Source of the DNA: Patescibacteria group bacterium
Lineage (GTDB): Bacteria > Patescibacteriota > Patescibacteriia > UBA10025 > JAHIVO01
Direction of reading: 5' to 3'
DNA: 64,000 nt
NCBI GenBank assembly: GCA_028718605.1
Contig: JAQULM010000001.1
Location: 519,006 to 583,005 of the forward strand
Position 1 is the first letter of the stretch, and every line of letters starts with the position of its first letter. This document shows positions 44,992 to 54,208 of the stretch, piece by piece. Below the pieces are notes generated by a model. It did not search any database and was not told the origin of the DNA. It saw only the letters and a program-made list of their open reading frames with translations. The position numbers and the translations under genes were made by a program.

Positions 44992-47242
44992 GGTGGAAAC
45001 GCCGTGGTGGGCGATTAAATCCGCCGCGTGATGAGCGCGAACCAGACCGCACCGGCCGCTCAACCCGTTCAACGCCTGCCGGTGGTTCTTTCAGAATTTT
45101 GTGTGAGAGTTCAATCCTGCCGCGCTCCTTGTCCACCCCGACAACTTTCACTTTCAGCTTATCGCCCGGTTTTACAAAATCTGATACACGGTCAATGCGC
45201 TCGTAGGAAAACTGGGAAATATGGACCATGCCATCCTGGCCAGGGACGAGCTCGACGATTGCGCCAATCTCACTGCCGGTATTCCGGTCTGTCTGTATCT
45301 TCAGAACGGTTCCCTCGTACTCCTCGCCTTCTTTAATTTCATGGGTTAGGTTCTCGATCCACTTTTTCGCCTTGTCACCCATTTCAGCATTATGCGACGT
45401 GATCATTACGAGGCCGTCCTGCTCAATGTCAATCTTGGTGACATCGGCACCGCCGCACTCATCGATGATCTTGTTGATGGTTTCGCCGCCGCGGCCGATA
45501 ACATCGCGAATTTTTTCAGGATCGATCCTGAGCATGGAAATCCGTGGGGCATACGGCGACAATTCAGCACGCGGGGCGGGGATTGTCTTCTCGATAACGT
45601 CGAGGATTTGCATACGCGCCTTTTGGGCAGCGCTGAATGCTTCTTTGGTTATCTCCAGTGTGATGCCGTGGAGTTTCGTGTCCATCTGGATGGCGGTAAT
45701 GCCTGTCCGCGTACCGGCAACCTTGAAATCCATGTCGCCATTGTGGTCTTCGACCCCTTGGATATCAGTGAGAATCTTAAATGTCCCGAGATCGTTCTCG
45801 GCGGTAATCAGGCCGATGGCAATGCCCGCAACTGGTGCCTTGATCGGCACGCCGGCATCCATGAGCGCGAGCGTTGACCCGCAGCATGATGCCTGGGACG
45901 ATGACCCATTGGACGAGAGTACTTCTGAAACAACGCGTACGGTGTAGGGGAATTCCTCGCGTGACGGCATAACAGCCTCAATCGCTTTTTCGACGAGAGC
46001 GCCGTGCCCGATTTCCCGCCGCCCTGGCGACCGTATCGGCTTTGCTTCGCCAGTCGAAAAGCCGGGGAAATTGTAGTGGTGCATGAACCGCTTCTTTCCT
46101 GTCTCCTCCATGGTATCGAGCAACTGCTCGTCGCCCGGCGAACCGAGCGTCACGACCGACAGAACCTGCGTCTCGCCGCGATTGAACAACCCAGAACCAT
46201 GCGTCCGCGGTAATACGGCAACTTCACTCGCGAGCGGACGGATTTCATCGAGCGCGCGGCCGTCAACACGTTTTTCCGCTTCGAGCACCAGCCGCCGCGC
46301 TTCATCCTCATACAACCCGCTGACCAGCGAAACGCCGTGTGCACGGAGCTCTTTCGACACTTCATTATCGGCTTTCAGCACTTCCTCGAGCTCATCAGTA
46401 AGCTTCAGGAGCGCCTGCTTCTGCTCCTTTTTTACCATTATGCTGAAGAGTTGCTGTATCCTACTCGCGCAGAAGTCCTTCACTTTTTTCTCAACGCTTG
46501 CGCGCTTTGCTTTCTCGTCATCATCAAGCTCGCCGATCTCAATCATTTCTTTCGCTTTCCCGACCTTCTCCTGTATTTCCCGTATCGTGCGGACTAACGG
46601 CTTGATGTGCTTGTGGCCGAATTCGATCGCGTCGAGCACGACCTGCTCGGAAACCTGCTGGCCACCCGCCTCAATCATTAAAATTTTCTCTTCGTCAGCT
46701 GCAACAACCAGATCGAGCACGCTTTTCTCGCGCGCAGTATACGTCGGGTTCAGCACCCACTCACCGTTGATTTGCCCTACCCGAACGCCCGCGATCGGCC
46801 CGTGCCAAGGGATGCTCGAAATCGAGAGGGCGCAGGACGCCGCGATCAGGGACAGTACGTCAGGATCATTCTCCTGGTCAACCGAGAGTACTGTGATAAC
46901 GACCTGAATATCATTGCGGAGCGAATCGTCAAACAGCGGCCGGATCGACCGGTCGACCAGCCGGGATGTCAGAATCGCATCATCAGACGGCCGTCCTTCC
47001 CGTTTAATGAACCGGGACCCTTTGATTTTACCGGCGGCGTACAACCGCTCCTCATAATCAACCATGAGGGGGAAAAAATCGATTCCCTCCCGAATTGTCT
47101 CACTCTTCACTGCAGTGGCAAGCACCATCGTGCCGCCGTACTTCACCGTACAGGCGCCATCTGCCTGGCCAGCGAGCCGACCGAGCTCGAATTCCAGCTT
47201 GCCGCCGTTGAGCTCTGTCTCAAAACGCTCTACCGATGCCAT
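44981..47242 (-). CDS. pnp: polyribonucleotide nucleotidyltransferase (PNPase)
   Basis: 753 aa; two RNase PH domains, KH and S1; C-terminal RGG-like tail. Confidence 0.9.
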   Translation of the reverse strand: MASVERFETELNGGKLEFELGRLAGQADGACTVKYGGTMVLATAVKSETIREGIDFFPLMVDYEERLYAAGKIKGSRFIKREGRPSDDAILTSRLVDRSIRPLFDDSLRNDIQVVITVLSVDQENDPDVLSLIAASCALSISSIPWHGPIAGVRVGQINGEWVLNPTYTAREKSVLDLVVAADEEKILMIEAGGQQVSEQVVLDAIEFGHKHIKPLVRTIREIQEKVGKAKEMIEIGELDDDEKAKRASVEKKVKDFCASRIQQLFSIMVKKEQKQALLKLTDELEEVLKADNEVSKELRAHGVSLVSGLYEDEARRLVLEAEKRVDGRALDEIRPLASEVAVLPRTHGSGLFNRGETQVLSVVTLGSPGDEQLLDTMEETGKKRFMHHYNFPGFSTGEAKPIRSPGRREIGHGALVEKAIEAVMPSREEFPYTVRVVSEVLSSNGSSSQASCCGSTLALMDAGVPIKAPVAGIAIGLITAENDLGTFKILTDIQGVEDHNGDMDFKVAGTRTGITAIQMDTKLHGITLEITKEAFSAAQKARMQILDVIEKTIPAPRAELSPYAPRISMLRIDPEKIRDVIGRGGETINKIIDECGGADVTKIDIEQDGLVMITSHNAEMGDKAKKWIENLTHEIKEGEEYEGTVLKIQTDRNTGSEIGAIVELVPGQDGMVHISQFSYERIDRVSDFVKPGDKLKVKVVGVDKERGRIELSHKILKEPPAGVERVERPVRSGSRSSRGGFNRPPRRFHHDR

Positions 47243-47514
47243 ATGTTGTGCTTCCTTGTCTGTTCCTTCGGAAAGTGCGCGCAGTGAGACGCGAACCGAT
47301 ATCGGGAGGATGCCACTTCATAAACTTATATCCTGAGCGGAGCGAAGGATCTCAGAGCCCACCGAAGGATCCCGAAAAAACGCGATCCATTCAGGGTAAA
47401 AGTCTACGAACCTGACAACCTATCCCAGTCGCGGCATTCCATGCGGCGCCCATCGATGGGGAACATTACGTATTAATTGTATAAACTGCCAAAGAACAGT
47501 ATCTGCAAATGGAG

Positions 47515-48048
47515 CTAACGCGCTGACTGCCGCGTACGATCCGTAAATCTTCTCGCGATAAGGTATTTCCGCCGGTTGCCGCTCAGGTCGATAAACCGGT
47601 CAGCCTGGTGCACAAGCTGCGATGACGCAGACTCGGCAAAAGCGACGATCTCGACAAATTGGCCATGGTTCTTCAAGTACTCCACGAGCGGGATAAAATC
47701 GCCATCACCGGTAACGAGAACGATGGAATCAACTTTCGGGGACAGGCGAATCGCATCCATCGCGATGCCGATATCCCAGTCGCCTTTTTTATTGCCGCCA
47801 AAAAATACCTGCAGATCCTTGGTCTTTACCTCGAACCCCTGCTTGTCGAGCGCTTCGAAAAACTTCTGCTCGTCGGGGTTCTGGGCCTTGATCACATACG
47901 CCATCGCACGGATGAGCTGCCGGTTGTCGAGTGCTGCTTTTAAAACTTCCCCAAAATTCACCTTTGCTCCGTACAGGTTCTTCGCGGAGTAGTAAAGGTT
48001 TTGGACGTCGACGAATATGCCGACGCGCTGGTTCTTCAAACTGTCCAT
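47515..48048 (-). CDS. NYN/LabA-like (PIN-related) domain protein
   Basis: VGIFVDVQN…GDWDIGIAMD…VLVTGDGDF motifs. Its start codon overlaps the rpsO stop (TAATG). Confidence 0.7.
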   Translation of the reverse strand: MDSLKNQRVGIFVDVQNLYYSAKNLYGAKVNFGEVLKAALDNRQLIRAMAYVIKAQNPDEQKFFEALDKQGFEVKTKDLQVFFGGNKKGDWDIGIAMDAIRLSPKVDSIVLVTGDGDFIPLVEYLKNHGQFVEIVAFAESASSQLVHQADRFIDLSGNRRKYLIARRFTDRTRQSAR

Positions 48049-48314
48049 TATTTCTTGAGTTTAAGCTGCTTGGCGATCGCCTCGTAGCTTTTCGGATTGT
48101 CCTTCTCCAGATAGCGTAAAAGGCGCCGGCGCAAACCAACCTTGCGGAGCAACCCGCGCCGCGAGGAAAAATCCTTCTTGTGGTCCTTCAGGTGGTCAGT
48201 GAGGCGCTTAATCTCTGAAGACAAAATCGCGATCTGAACCTCCGGCGAGCCGGTATCCGACTCGTGGGTTTTGTACTTCTCGATAATCTTGTCCTTCTCT
48301 TTCTTCGTTAGCAT
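48048..48314 (-). CDS. rpsO: 30S ribosomal protein S15
   Basis: MLTKKEKDKIIEKYKTHESDTGSPEVQIAILS…; start set at this Met inside ORF 48048..48389. Confidence 0.85.
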   Translation of the reverse strand: MLTKKEKDKIIEKYKTHESDTGSPEVQIAILSSEIKRLTDHLKDHKKDFSSRRGLLRKVGLRRRLLRYLEKDNPKSYEAIAKQLKLKK

Positions 48315-48515
48315 ACTGTTGTGTCCTTCCGCCGCGAGGCTCCGAGTCTCAGGGGTGCTAACAAATCCCCAGAAACCAAGAGTTCGCATTATTCAATAAG
48401 TACCCTTATTATAGGCATAATCGTGGCTCTGTCAAGGCGGCGCGATGCAGAGTAGAAAAAACCCCGGGAGCCTCCGCTTCCCGGGGTGTGAAAAAATCCA
48501 TCGAATGTTCTGTCG

Positions 48516-49742
48516 CTACAACAGCGCCGCTGCCTGCTTCAGCGCCTGTTTCGCCTGCTTGAGCGCTCGGCTCCCGGATTGCCCCAGAAACGCCATGGCG
48601 GTTTCTATATGCTGTGAAGCGTCCCGAACGACAGGGTGCTGGAACCCAGTTTCGTCAACATTACTGATCCATGCTTTCGCGCCGGCAACCGTCGCCGCAA
48701 TCGTGTCGCGCTGCGCAGGATCGATGCGTTCCTGCTCAAGCAAACCATTAACTTCAACAATGGCACACTCGAGGCTGATCCGTACCTGCCGGAGCGTGAG
48801 TGAATTTGCGCTCATCCGGAGGATCGTGGCAGCTGCCTCATGCTTATGCTGCCGCAACTGCCTGGCAGCGCTCGCAAACTCATCGAGGAGATGCCGCGCG
48901 GTGTTGCGGAACGGTACGATATCGTACCGCTTCAGCTCAGCCGTAAACAACTCGAGTGCGCAACTGACCATCTCGGCATGGGCGCAATCAGTAATTGGAG
49001 GCGCGGCCAATCCATCAACCGGCGCAAATGCCGCGAGAAAATCATGCATACCCGCGAATGACAGCTCCATCGTATGGACCAAGAGGTCAGCAACGCGCTG
49101 GCGCGAAGTAAGCACTTCCTCAATATGGTTGATATCGACCAACCGCCCATGGGCTTGGTTACCGCCACCAACGGCAACAGCTGCTTTCGCGCTCGGATTA
49201 ACGCGCTTCAAACTGTCAACAACCGTCCCTAACTGCGCTGCGGCATTCGCAATCCGCTGGTTACGGTAGACATCAGGCCGTGCGCCAATACGCACAATGA
49301 TTTCTCCGGACAATTGCTCGAACTGCTTGGCAAGGTCAGCCGCATTTGTCGTGCGCAGCCCGAGTGCGAGACGATTCAGCTCAGCAAACAGCTCCTGGAT
49401 ACGGAGTAAATCAGCGCGTTTGCCCTCTTCAAACGTGAGGCCGTATTGAGCTGCGACGTGCATGGTGTACCGACGCACTGCATAGAGATTGTCGTACATC
49501 ACGTATACGAGCCACGCCGGATCAAATGTTGACAGCAAGCTCTGTGCTTTCAATGTTTCGATGAGCACCCAATCCCACCGCGGGACAATAGGCTTGCCAC
49601 GATGGTGGCCGCTGACGATGACGCCGATATCGCTCTCTTCAAGGCCGATGCGCGCTTTGAGATACCGCACTTTTCCTTTGATGAGAACCGGCACGGTCTG
49701 TATTGAACCGCCGCCAATTCCACCGACAATTACCGTTGACAT
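48516..49742 (-). CDS. hypothetical protein (408 aa) with N-terminal Gly-rich motif VIVGGIGGGS
   Basis: No confident family. The Gly-rich N-terminus is reminiscent of ASKHA-type (GIDGGGT) or FtsZ-like (GGGGGN) nucleotide-binding loops, but neither signature is complete. Confidence 0.35.
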   Translation of the reverse strand: MSTVIVGGIGGGSIQTVPVLIKGKVRYLKARIGLEESDIGVIVSGHHRGKPIVPRWDWVLIETLKAQSLLSTFDPAWLVYVMYDNLYAVRRYTMHVAAQYGLTFEEGKRADLLRIQELFAELNRLALGLRTTNAADLAKQFEQLSGEIIVRIGARPDVYRNQRIANAAAQLGTVVDSLKRVNPSAKAAVAVGGGNQAHGRLVDINHIEEVLTSRQRVADLLVHTMELSFAGMHDFLAAFAPVDGLAAPPITDCAHAEMVSCALELFTAELKRYDIVPFRNTARHLLDEFASAARQLRQHKHEAAATILRMSANSLTLRQVRISLECAIVEVNGLLEQERIDPAQRDTIAATVAGAKAWISNVDETGFQHPVVRDASQHIETAMAFLGQSGSRALKQAKQALKQAAALL

Positions 49743-49923
49743 CCTTTCTCTCCTCTCACTCTGTATTGTGAAACTAACTCTTTTTCATTTTTATCTAAAA
49801 AACCAAGCGGCTCTATCTTACGCTCGAGAGCTACCAGTGTCAAATAAAAAAACGGTTCCATCGCATGTACTACGCGACGGAACCGCAAACTCCGAGAAGT
49901 GACGCTGGATGCCCCCTGTCCTG

Positions 49924-50235
49924 CTACTTCTTTTCCGGCAGTAACGCCACGATGAGCGTGGCAACCGTCACGATACAGAAAAACTTGAATGCGAACGGCG
50001 TCCAATACGTCGAACCCCAGGCAGCGAGCGCACCAATGACCAGGATGATCAACCCGCGGTACAGCCGCGATTCAACGATGGCATTCAGCAAACCGGCGAG
50101 GGCGCCAAAAACGGTGCACCACAGGACCGGCCAAAACGGGATATCAGCGGCGCTGAACAGATCGAGCGCCCCTGCGCCGAGAAAGAACACTAGGCAGCAT
50201 ATCCCCACAAAATACACCTTGCCGACATCAGACAT
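49924..50235 (-). CDS. small hypothetical membrane protein (103 aa, ~3 TM)
   Basis: Hydrophobic throughout; no motif. Confidence 0.3.
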   Translation of the reverse strand: MSDVGKVYFVGICCLVFFLGAGALDLFSAADIPFWPVLWCTVFGALAGLLNAIVESRLYRGLIILVIGALAAWGSTYWTPFAFKFFCIVTVATLIVALLPEKK

Positions 50236-50349
50236 GGCAATGCCTCCTATCTATACGTTTGCGTGATTTTCAACTCTCTCAACTATGTGTGTGTAAGAAT
50301 TGTTGAAGCGTACCAACAACACAGTTCATTGTCAACATACTATCAGGCT

Positions 50350-50379
50350 TTGACCAAAGCATAGTACGCGACGTACAAT
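50350..50379 (+). promoter_or_regulatory. candidate sigma70-like promoter (TTGACC, 18-nt spacer, TACAAT) for the recombinase gene
   Basis: cttTGACCaaagcatagtacgcgacgTACAATac, ~10 nt before ATG 50386. Confidence 0.3.
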
Positions 50380-50385
50380 ACACCT

Positions 50386-51294
50386 ATGGCTGCACCACTA
50401 CAACAATCACTCGACGGCTTCCTTGGGCGCCTGTCGCAAGAAAACAGCGTCGGAAATGCGACCATCCGCAACTACCGTTTCTACCTGTCACGATTTTTAA
50501 CTTGGCGGGCGTTTCCTGAACCGTCAGCGATCACTGGCGAAGCAATCGATGAATTCCGGCACTACCTTGCGGGGATCCGGAACCAACGCGGTGAACTGAT
50601 GAAACAGACAACGCAGAATTACCACCTGATCGCGCTCCGTGCATTCCTCGACTACCTCAATGCCCAGGGCATGGCAGTGCCCCGAGGCCATGACGTCAAG
50701 CTGAACCGCATTGAACAGCGGCACCAAGTAACGATTACCGACACAGATCTCGAACGCTTGCTGGAAGCGCCGCTGAATATGAAAAACCCCGGCATCGTCC
50801 AAAAGCGGGACAAAGCCCTCCTCGAACTGCTCTTCAGCACAGGATTGAAAGTATCAGAACTCTCGAACCTGCGCCGCGACCACGCACGATTGGAAGAAGA
50901 CGAGATGCCGATCCGCGGCACCGGAAGCAGAATGCGGTCAGTGCCGTTCACCCACCATGCGAAATTCTGGATCAAGGAATACCTCGATGTGCGTACCGAT
51001 GCGCTCCCGGCGCTTTTTATCCGCCATGATCGCGCGAAACGCCAGCAGCTCACGAGCGTACAGCCGGATGAATACAAACTGACGCCCCGGACGATCCAGC
51101 GCATTGTAAAAAAATACGCGGCATCATCCGGCCTCCCGCGCTCTACAACCCCTGAATCGCTCCGGCAAGCGTTCGCGTCATTCCTCCTGCGGCGCGGCGA
51201 CGATATCGAAACGGTGCAAAAAACACTCGGCCACGTTTCGCTGACGACGACGAAACTGTACGCAAAATCCCACGCCTCGCCCCCCGTGGATTGA
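50386..51294 (+). CDS. tyrosine site-specific recombinase (XerC/XerD / phage-integrase family)
   Basis: N-terminal SAM-like core-binding domain. C-terminal catalytic residues R…HxxR…Y (…RHDRAKR…LGHVSLTTTKLYAKS). Immediately upstream of tRNA-Arg. Confidence 0.75.
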   Translation: MAAPLQQSLDGFLGRLSQENSVGNATIRNYRFYLSRFLTWRAFPEPSAITGEAIDEFRHYLAGIRNQRGELMKQTTQNYHLIALRAFLDYLNAQGMAVPRGHDVKLNRIEQRHQVTITDTDLERLLEAPLNMKNPGIVQKRDKALLELLFSTGLKVSELSNLRRDHARLEEDEMPIRGTGSRMRSVPFTHHAKFWIKEYLDVRTDALPALFIRHDRAKRQQLTSVQPDEYKLTPRTIQRIVKKYAASSGLPRSTTPESLRQAFASFLLRRGDDIETVQKTLGHVSLTTTKLYAKSHASPPVD

Positions 51295-51336
51295 CCGTAA
51301 CGGAAAAAATTGGTAGGGTTGAGTGCGCGACTCCAT

Positions 51337-51411
51337 GCCCTCATAGCTCAACGGATAGAGCATCAGCCTTCTAAGCTGAGGATGTAGGTTCGACTCCTAC
51401 TGAGGGTACCA
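51337..51411 (+). tRNA. tRNA-Arg (anticodon TCT), CCA encoded, G1-U72 wobble
   Basis: GCCCTCATAGCTCAACGGATAGAGCATCAGCCTTCTAAGCTGAGGATGTAGGTTCGACTCCTACTGAGGGTACCA. Confidence 0.8.
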
Positions 51412-51457
51412 GACTCAAACGATACTAATAAAAACTTATCGGAGAAAACATAATCAT

Positions 51458-51793
51458 ATGGCATGCTTCATCGCACCAACTGCTGCGGCAATCATCTCGA
51501 CAAGCGTTCGAAAAAAAATACCGCGACGCTACCATATCGGATGGCTCAACACCATGCTCTGGGGCGGAGTGATCATGCTTATCGTTGACCACATTGCGAA
51601 TGGGGAGATCGTTGCGTACCCGCCATTCCTTACTGCCATGGAAAACCCAAGCGCCATTCCCGTCATGGTTGAGGAAATCGTTACGCTCGGCGGCGCGATG
51701 ACCGCGGCGATTGTCGCGTGCTGGGCGATCATGGTAATTGTTGCGGATACCATAACAACAAAGAGGGAAACCAGTCAGGCGCAGTTGATGTAA
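51458..51793 (+). CDS. small hypothetical membrane protein (111 aa)
   Basis: Three hydrophobic segments; no motif. Confidence 0.3.
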   Translation: MACFIAPTAAAIISTSVRKKIPRRYHIGWLNTMLWGGVIMLIVDHIANGEIVAYPPFLTAMENPSAIPVMVEEIVTLGGAMTAAIVACWAIMVIVADTITTKRETSQAQLM

Positions 51794-51866
51794 GCGTTTT
51801 TTGCGAAGAACAACGCCACCCACGATACGTGTTACTGCGCGCAGTTTTTCTATTGATCCAATGCCC

Positions 51867-51895
51867 TTGACATTGAAGCTGTTGAGTGCTATACT
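51867..51895 (+). promoter_or_regulatory. consensus sigma70-like promoter TTGACA-N17-TATACT
   Basis: cccTTGACAttgaagctgttgagtgcTATACTctc, ~90 nt upstream of ATG 51985. Confidence 0.45.
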
Positions 51896-51984
51896 CTCGT
51901 GAAACAAAACTGCCAAACAGTACGTCAGATCCAAATCGCGTTGGATTGTTGTACAAAAAGGCACATTCACAAAGGAGGAAGTAA

Positions 51985-52623
51985 TTGGATAAAACTCTTC
52001 TAGAGGACACTCTCAAAAAAGAGGTCCCTGAAAATGAAGAGGAAACGATAATAGGGATGTACAAGCGGTACTTGCCGCTTGAAATCTTCGCACTGCTGTG
52101 CTCATGCTTGTTTGCGTTCCACTACCTTGATGCAGGGCAAGGCTTTTTCATGGTAGCTGTCGCCGGTACAGTTGGCGATATGGTTGGCTTTTATAGCTCG
52201 GGCTTTATCCGCCAAATCTGGGTGCATTGCCGGGACTACCATGATACGCACGGCTGGAGACGCGTCCGAGACATCCTTGGGCTTGCTTTCTGGGACATGG
52301 TTAAGGAACATGGGATCGCAGGCTTCTTCGACGATATCTTCATCCGGCCCTTTCTTCTATGGAAAATGCCTCAGTGGCTCGCGCTCATAGCTCAAATGTT
52401 TATGGCTGGGCAAATCAACCTAGGGCCTGGTCCCGCTCCCTCAATGGTCATGGGCTTGCTGCTGCTTCAGCTGCCTCTTGAGAAGATTGGCCTTGTGATC
52501 GGAAAGCTGTGCGCAGACTACATCTTCTATCGTGTTTCCTATGAATGCCGCAAGCGATTCGGACATTTAACTCCCGCTCGTGTATTTAAATGCCTGAAAA
52601 CCTTGCTGCTTCGTACCACCTGA
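51985..52623 (+). CDS. hypothetical polytopic membrane protein (212 aa)
   Basis: Several TM helices; no recognised motif. Confidence 0.4.
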   Translation: MDKTLLEDTLKKEVPENEEETIIGMYKRYLPLEIFALLCSCLFAFHYLDAGQGFFMVAVAGTVGDMVGFYSSGFIRQIWVHCRDYHDTHGWRRVRDILGLAFWDMVKEHGIAGFFDDIFIRPFLLWKMPQWLALIAQMFMAGQINLGPGPAPSMVMGLLLLQLPLEKIGLVIGKLCADYIFYRVSYECRKRFGHLTPARVFKCLKTLLLRTT

Positions 52624-52736
52624 TATACCCGCATGAGTGCACGTTGGCTCGCGCGGGTATTTATTTTCTCTTTACAGTTGACTGTTTTATTCGGTAGTAT
52701 AATAATACGTACACGACAATCTTAGTGGACTAACAT

Positions 52737-52812
52737 GCGCGCATAGCTCAGCTGGTAGAGCAGTTGCCTCTTAAGCAAACGGTCGGGGGTTCGAATCCCT
52801 CTGCGCGCACCA
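52737..52812 (+). tRNA. tRNA-Lys (anticodon CTT), CCA encoded
   Basis: GCGCGCATAGCTCAGCTGGTAGAGCAGTTGCCTCTTAAGCAAACGGTCGGGGGTTCGAATCCCTCTGCGCGCACCA. Confidence 0.85.
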
Positions 52813-52984
52813 CAAAGGCCTCCTCACACAGAGGAGGTTTTTGCGTAGCAGCCATGCCGCTCAACACGCACGGATTCGAAGGGCAGGAGTGAATCAAGCG
52901 TGGAACGCGCAGATGAACGACAACGGATGCGACCCTTCGGGAGCATTCGTTGCTGCCCAGGACCCGAATCCCTCTGCGCGCACC
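52813..52984 (+). repeat. tRNA-3'-end-tagged structured element, copy K1 (same family as G1/G2)
   Basis: …GGATTCGAAGGGCAGG…CAACGGATGC-gacccttcggga-GCATTCGTTG-CTGCCCAGGACCCGAATCCCTCTGCGCGCACCA. The last 21 nt copy the tRNA-Lys 3' end. The terminator hairpin is also duplicated (52816-52843 and 52987-53012). Confidence 0.7.
52816..52843 (+). terminator. rho-independent terminator after tRNA-Lys
   Basis: GGCCTCCTC-acaca-GAGGAGG + TTTTT. Confidence 0.5.
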
Positions 52985-53083
52985 ACAAAGGCCTCCTCAC
53001 ACAGAGGAAGTTTTTGCAGTGTTCTATAGGAACAATCTGAGGAATGGAGTGTTTTTGTTGTAGAAAAACGCTATACTATCTAT

Positions 53084-53884
53084 ATGAACATTTTCCACAG
53101 AAAAAAGCATAAGGTAGACATGATCGTTATGTGGGCATGGCTGCTCCTGGCACCGACGCTTTCTTGGCTTGTCCAGGCAAATTTTTTCGTATCAATAATA
53201 ATCTTCTTCATCATCCCATCGGTGTTCCTTTCGTGGCGGTTTCCCGCTTCAATAAAAAAATCGGCGCTTTTTGCCGCGTGCGTTGGCGTCCCGCTCGTTA
53301 CGGTCCTGGATTATATGATGGAAGCGTCCGGCAGCATGCTGATTGACCAATCCATATTCGGCGATATCCGCATACTCGGTCTCGTGACAATCGACAGCTA
53401 CGTTTGGGGACTCTTCTTCCTGTATCTCATCGTTATGTATTACGAAGCGTTCCTCAACCATCACTTCTGGCACCGGCTGCGGTTCCCGGCGATGAAATAC
53501 CTCCTCATACTCATGCTCGTCCTGCTGTCGACTTTTTTCCTTGTATATTTCGTGAATCCGTCGTATCTTCGAATAACATTCTATTTCTATCTGCTCTGGG
53601 GTATCGCGCTTGTCTTTATCCCACTGCTGCTGCTGCTGACAAAATACCCAAAGCTTATAGCGAAATTTTTCAAAGCAGGGGCGTATTTTTTTCTCCTGCT
53701 CCTCGGATATGAGATCACCGCCATCAACCTCGGCAACTGGCTGTTTCCGGGCGAAAACCAGTTTATCGGCATGGTGGAATTATTCGGTGCACGATTCCCA
53801 TTCGAAGAACTATTTTATTTTGTAATGCTTGGCGCATTCGCCGGGATGACGTGGTACGAGTTTTTTGACGACGATAGAAAATAG
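53084..53884 (+). CDS. hypothetical polytopic membrane protein (266 aa, ~8 TM)
   Basis: Hydrophobic throughout, aromatic-rich; no confident family. Confidence 0.4.
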   Translation: MNIFHRKKHKVDMIVMWAWLLLAPTLSWLVQANFFVSIIIFFIIPSVFLSWRFPASIKKSALFAACVGVPLVTVLDYMMEASGSMLIDQSIFGDIRILGLVTIDSYVWGLFFLYLIVMYYEAFLNHHFWHRLRFPAMKYLLILMLVLLSTFFLVYFVNPSYLRITFYFYLLWGIALVFIPLLLLLTKYPKLIAKFFKAGAYFFLLLLGYEITAINLGNWLFPGENQFIGMVELFGARFPFEELFYFVMLGAFAGMTWYEFFDDDRK

Positions 53885-54208
53885 GCATTCACCAGCACAG
53901 CATTAACCACAATGCGCGTTTTTTATTTGCCCGGGCAATGATTTATACTGCTGTTGCAACACGAGCAAACATTCTACGGAGGTTTTGATTGAGATCCAAA
54001 CTCAAAAAAACATGGCTCTTCCGAACGTTCTATTGGCCGTCTGCCGTCGCAATCCTGGGTATTTCATGCGCGGTCGTCCTCATCATTATCAGCCGCGTGT
54101 TCCTCTCATCGTTGCCCTGTGTACGGTGACAATGGCAATCTCGAAAGTCGAGCGTGAGTTCCGTGCCGGACTCGCGCTCGTATTATTTTCAAACGCACCC
54201 ACAATACT

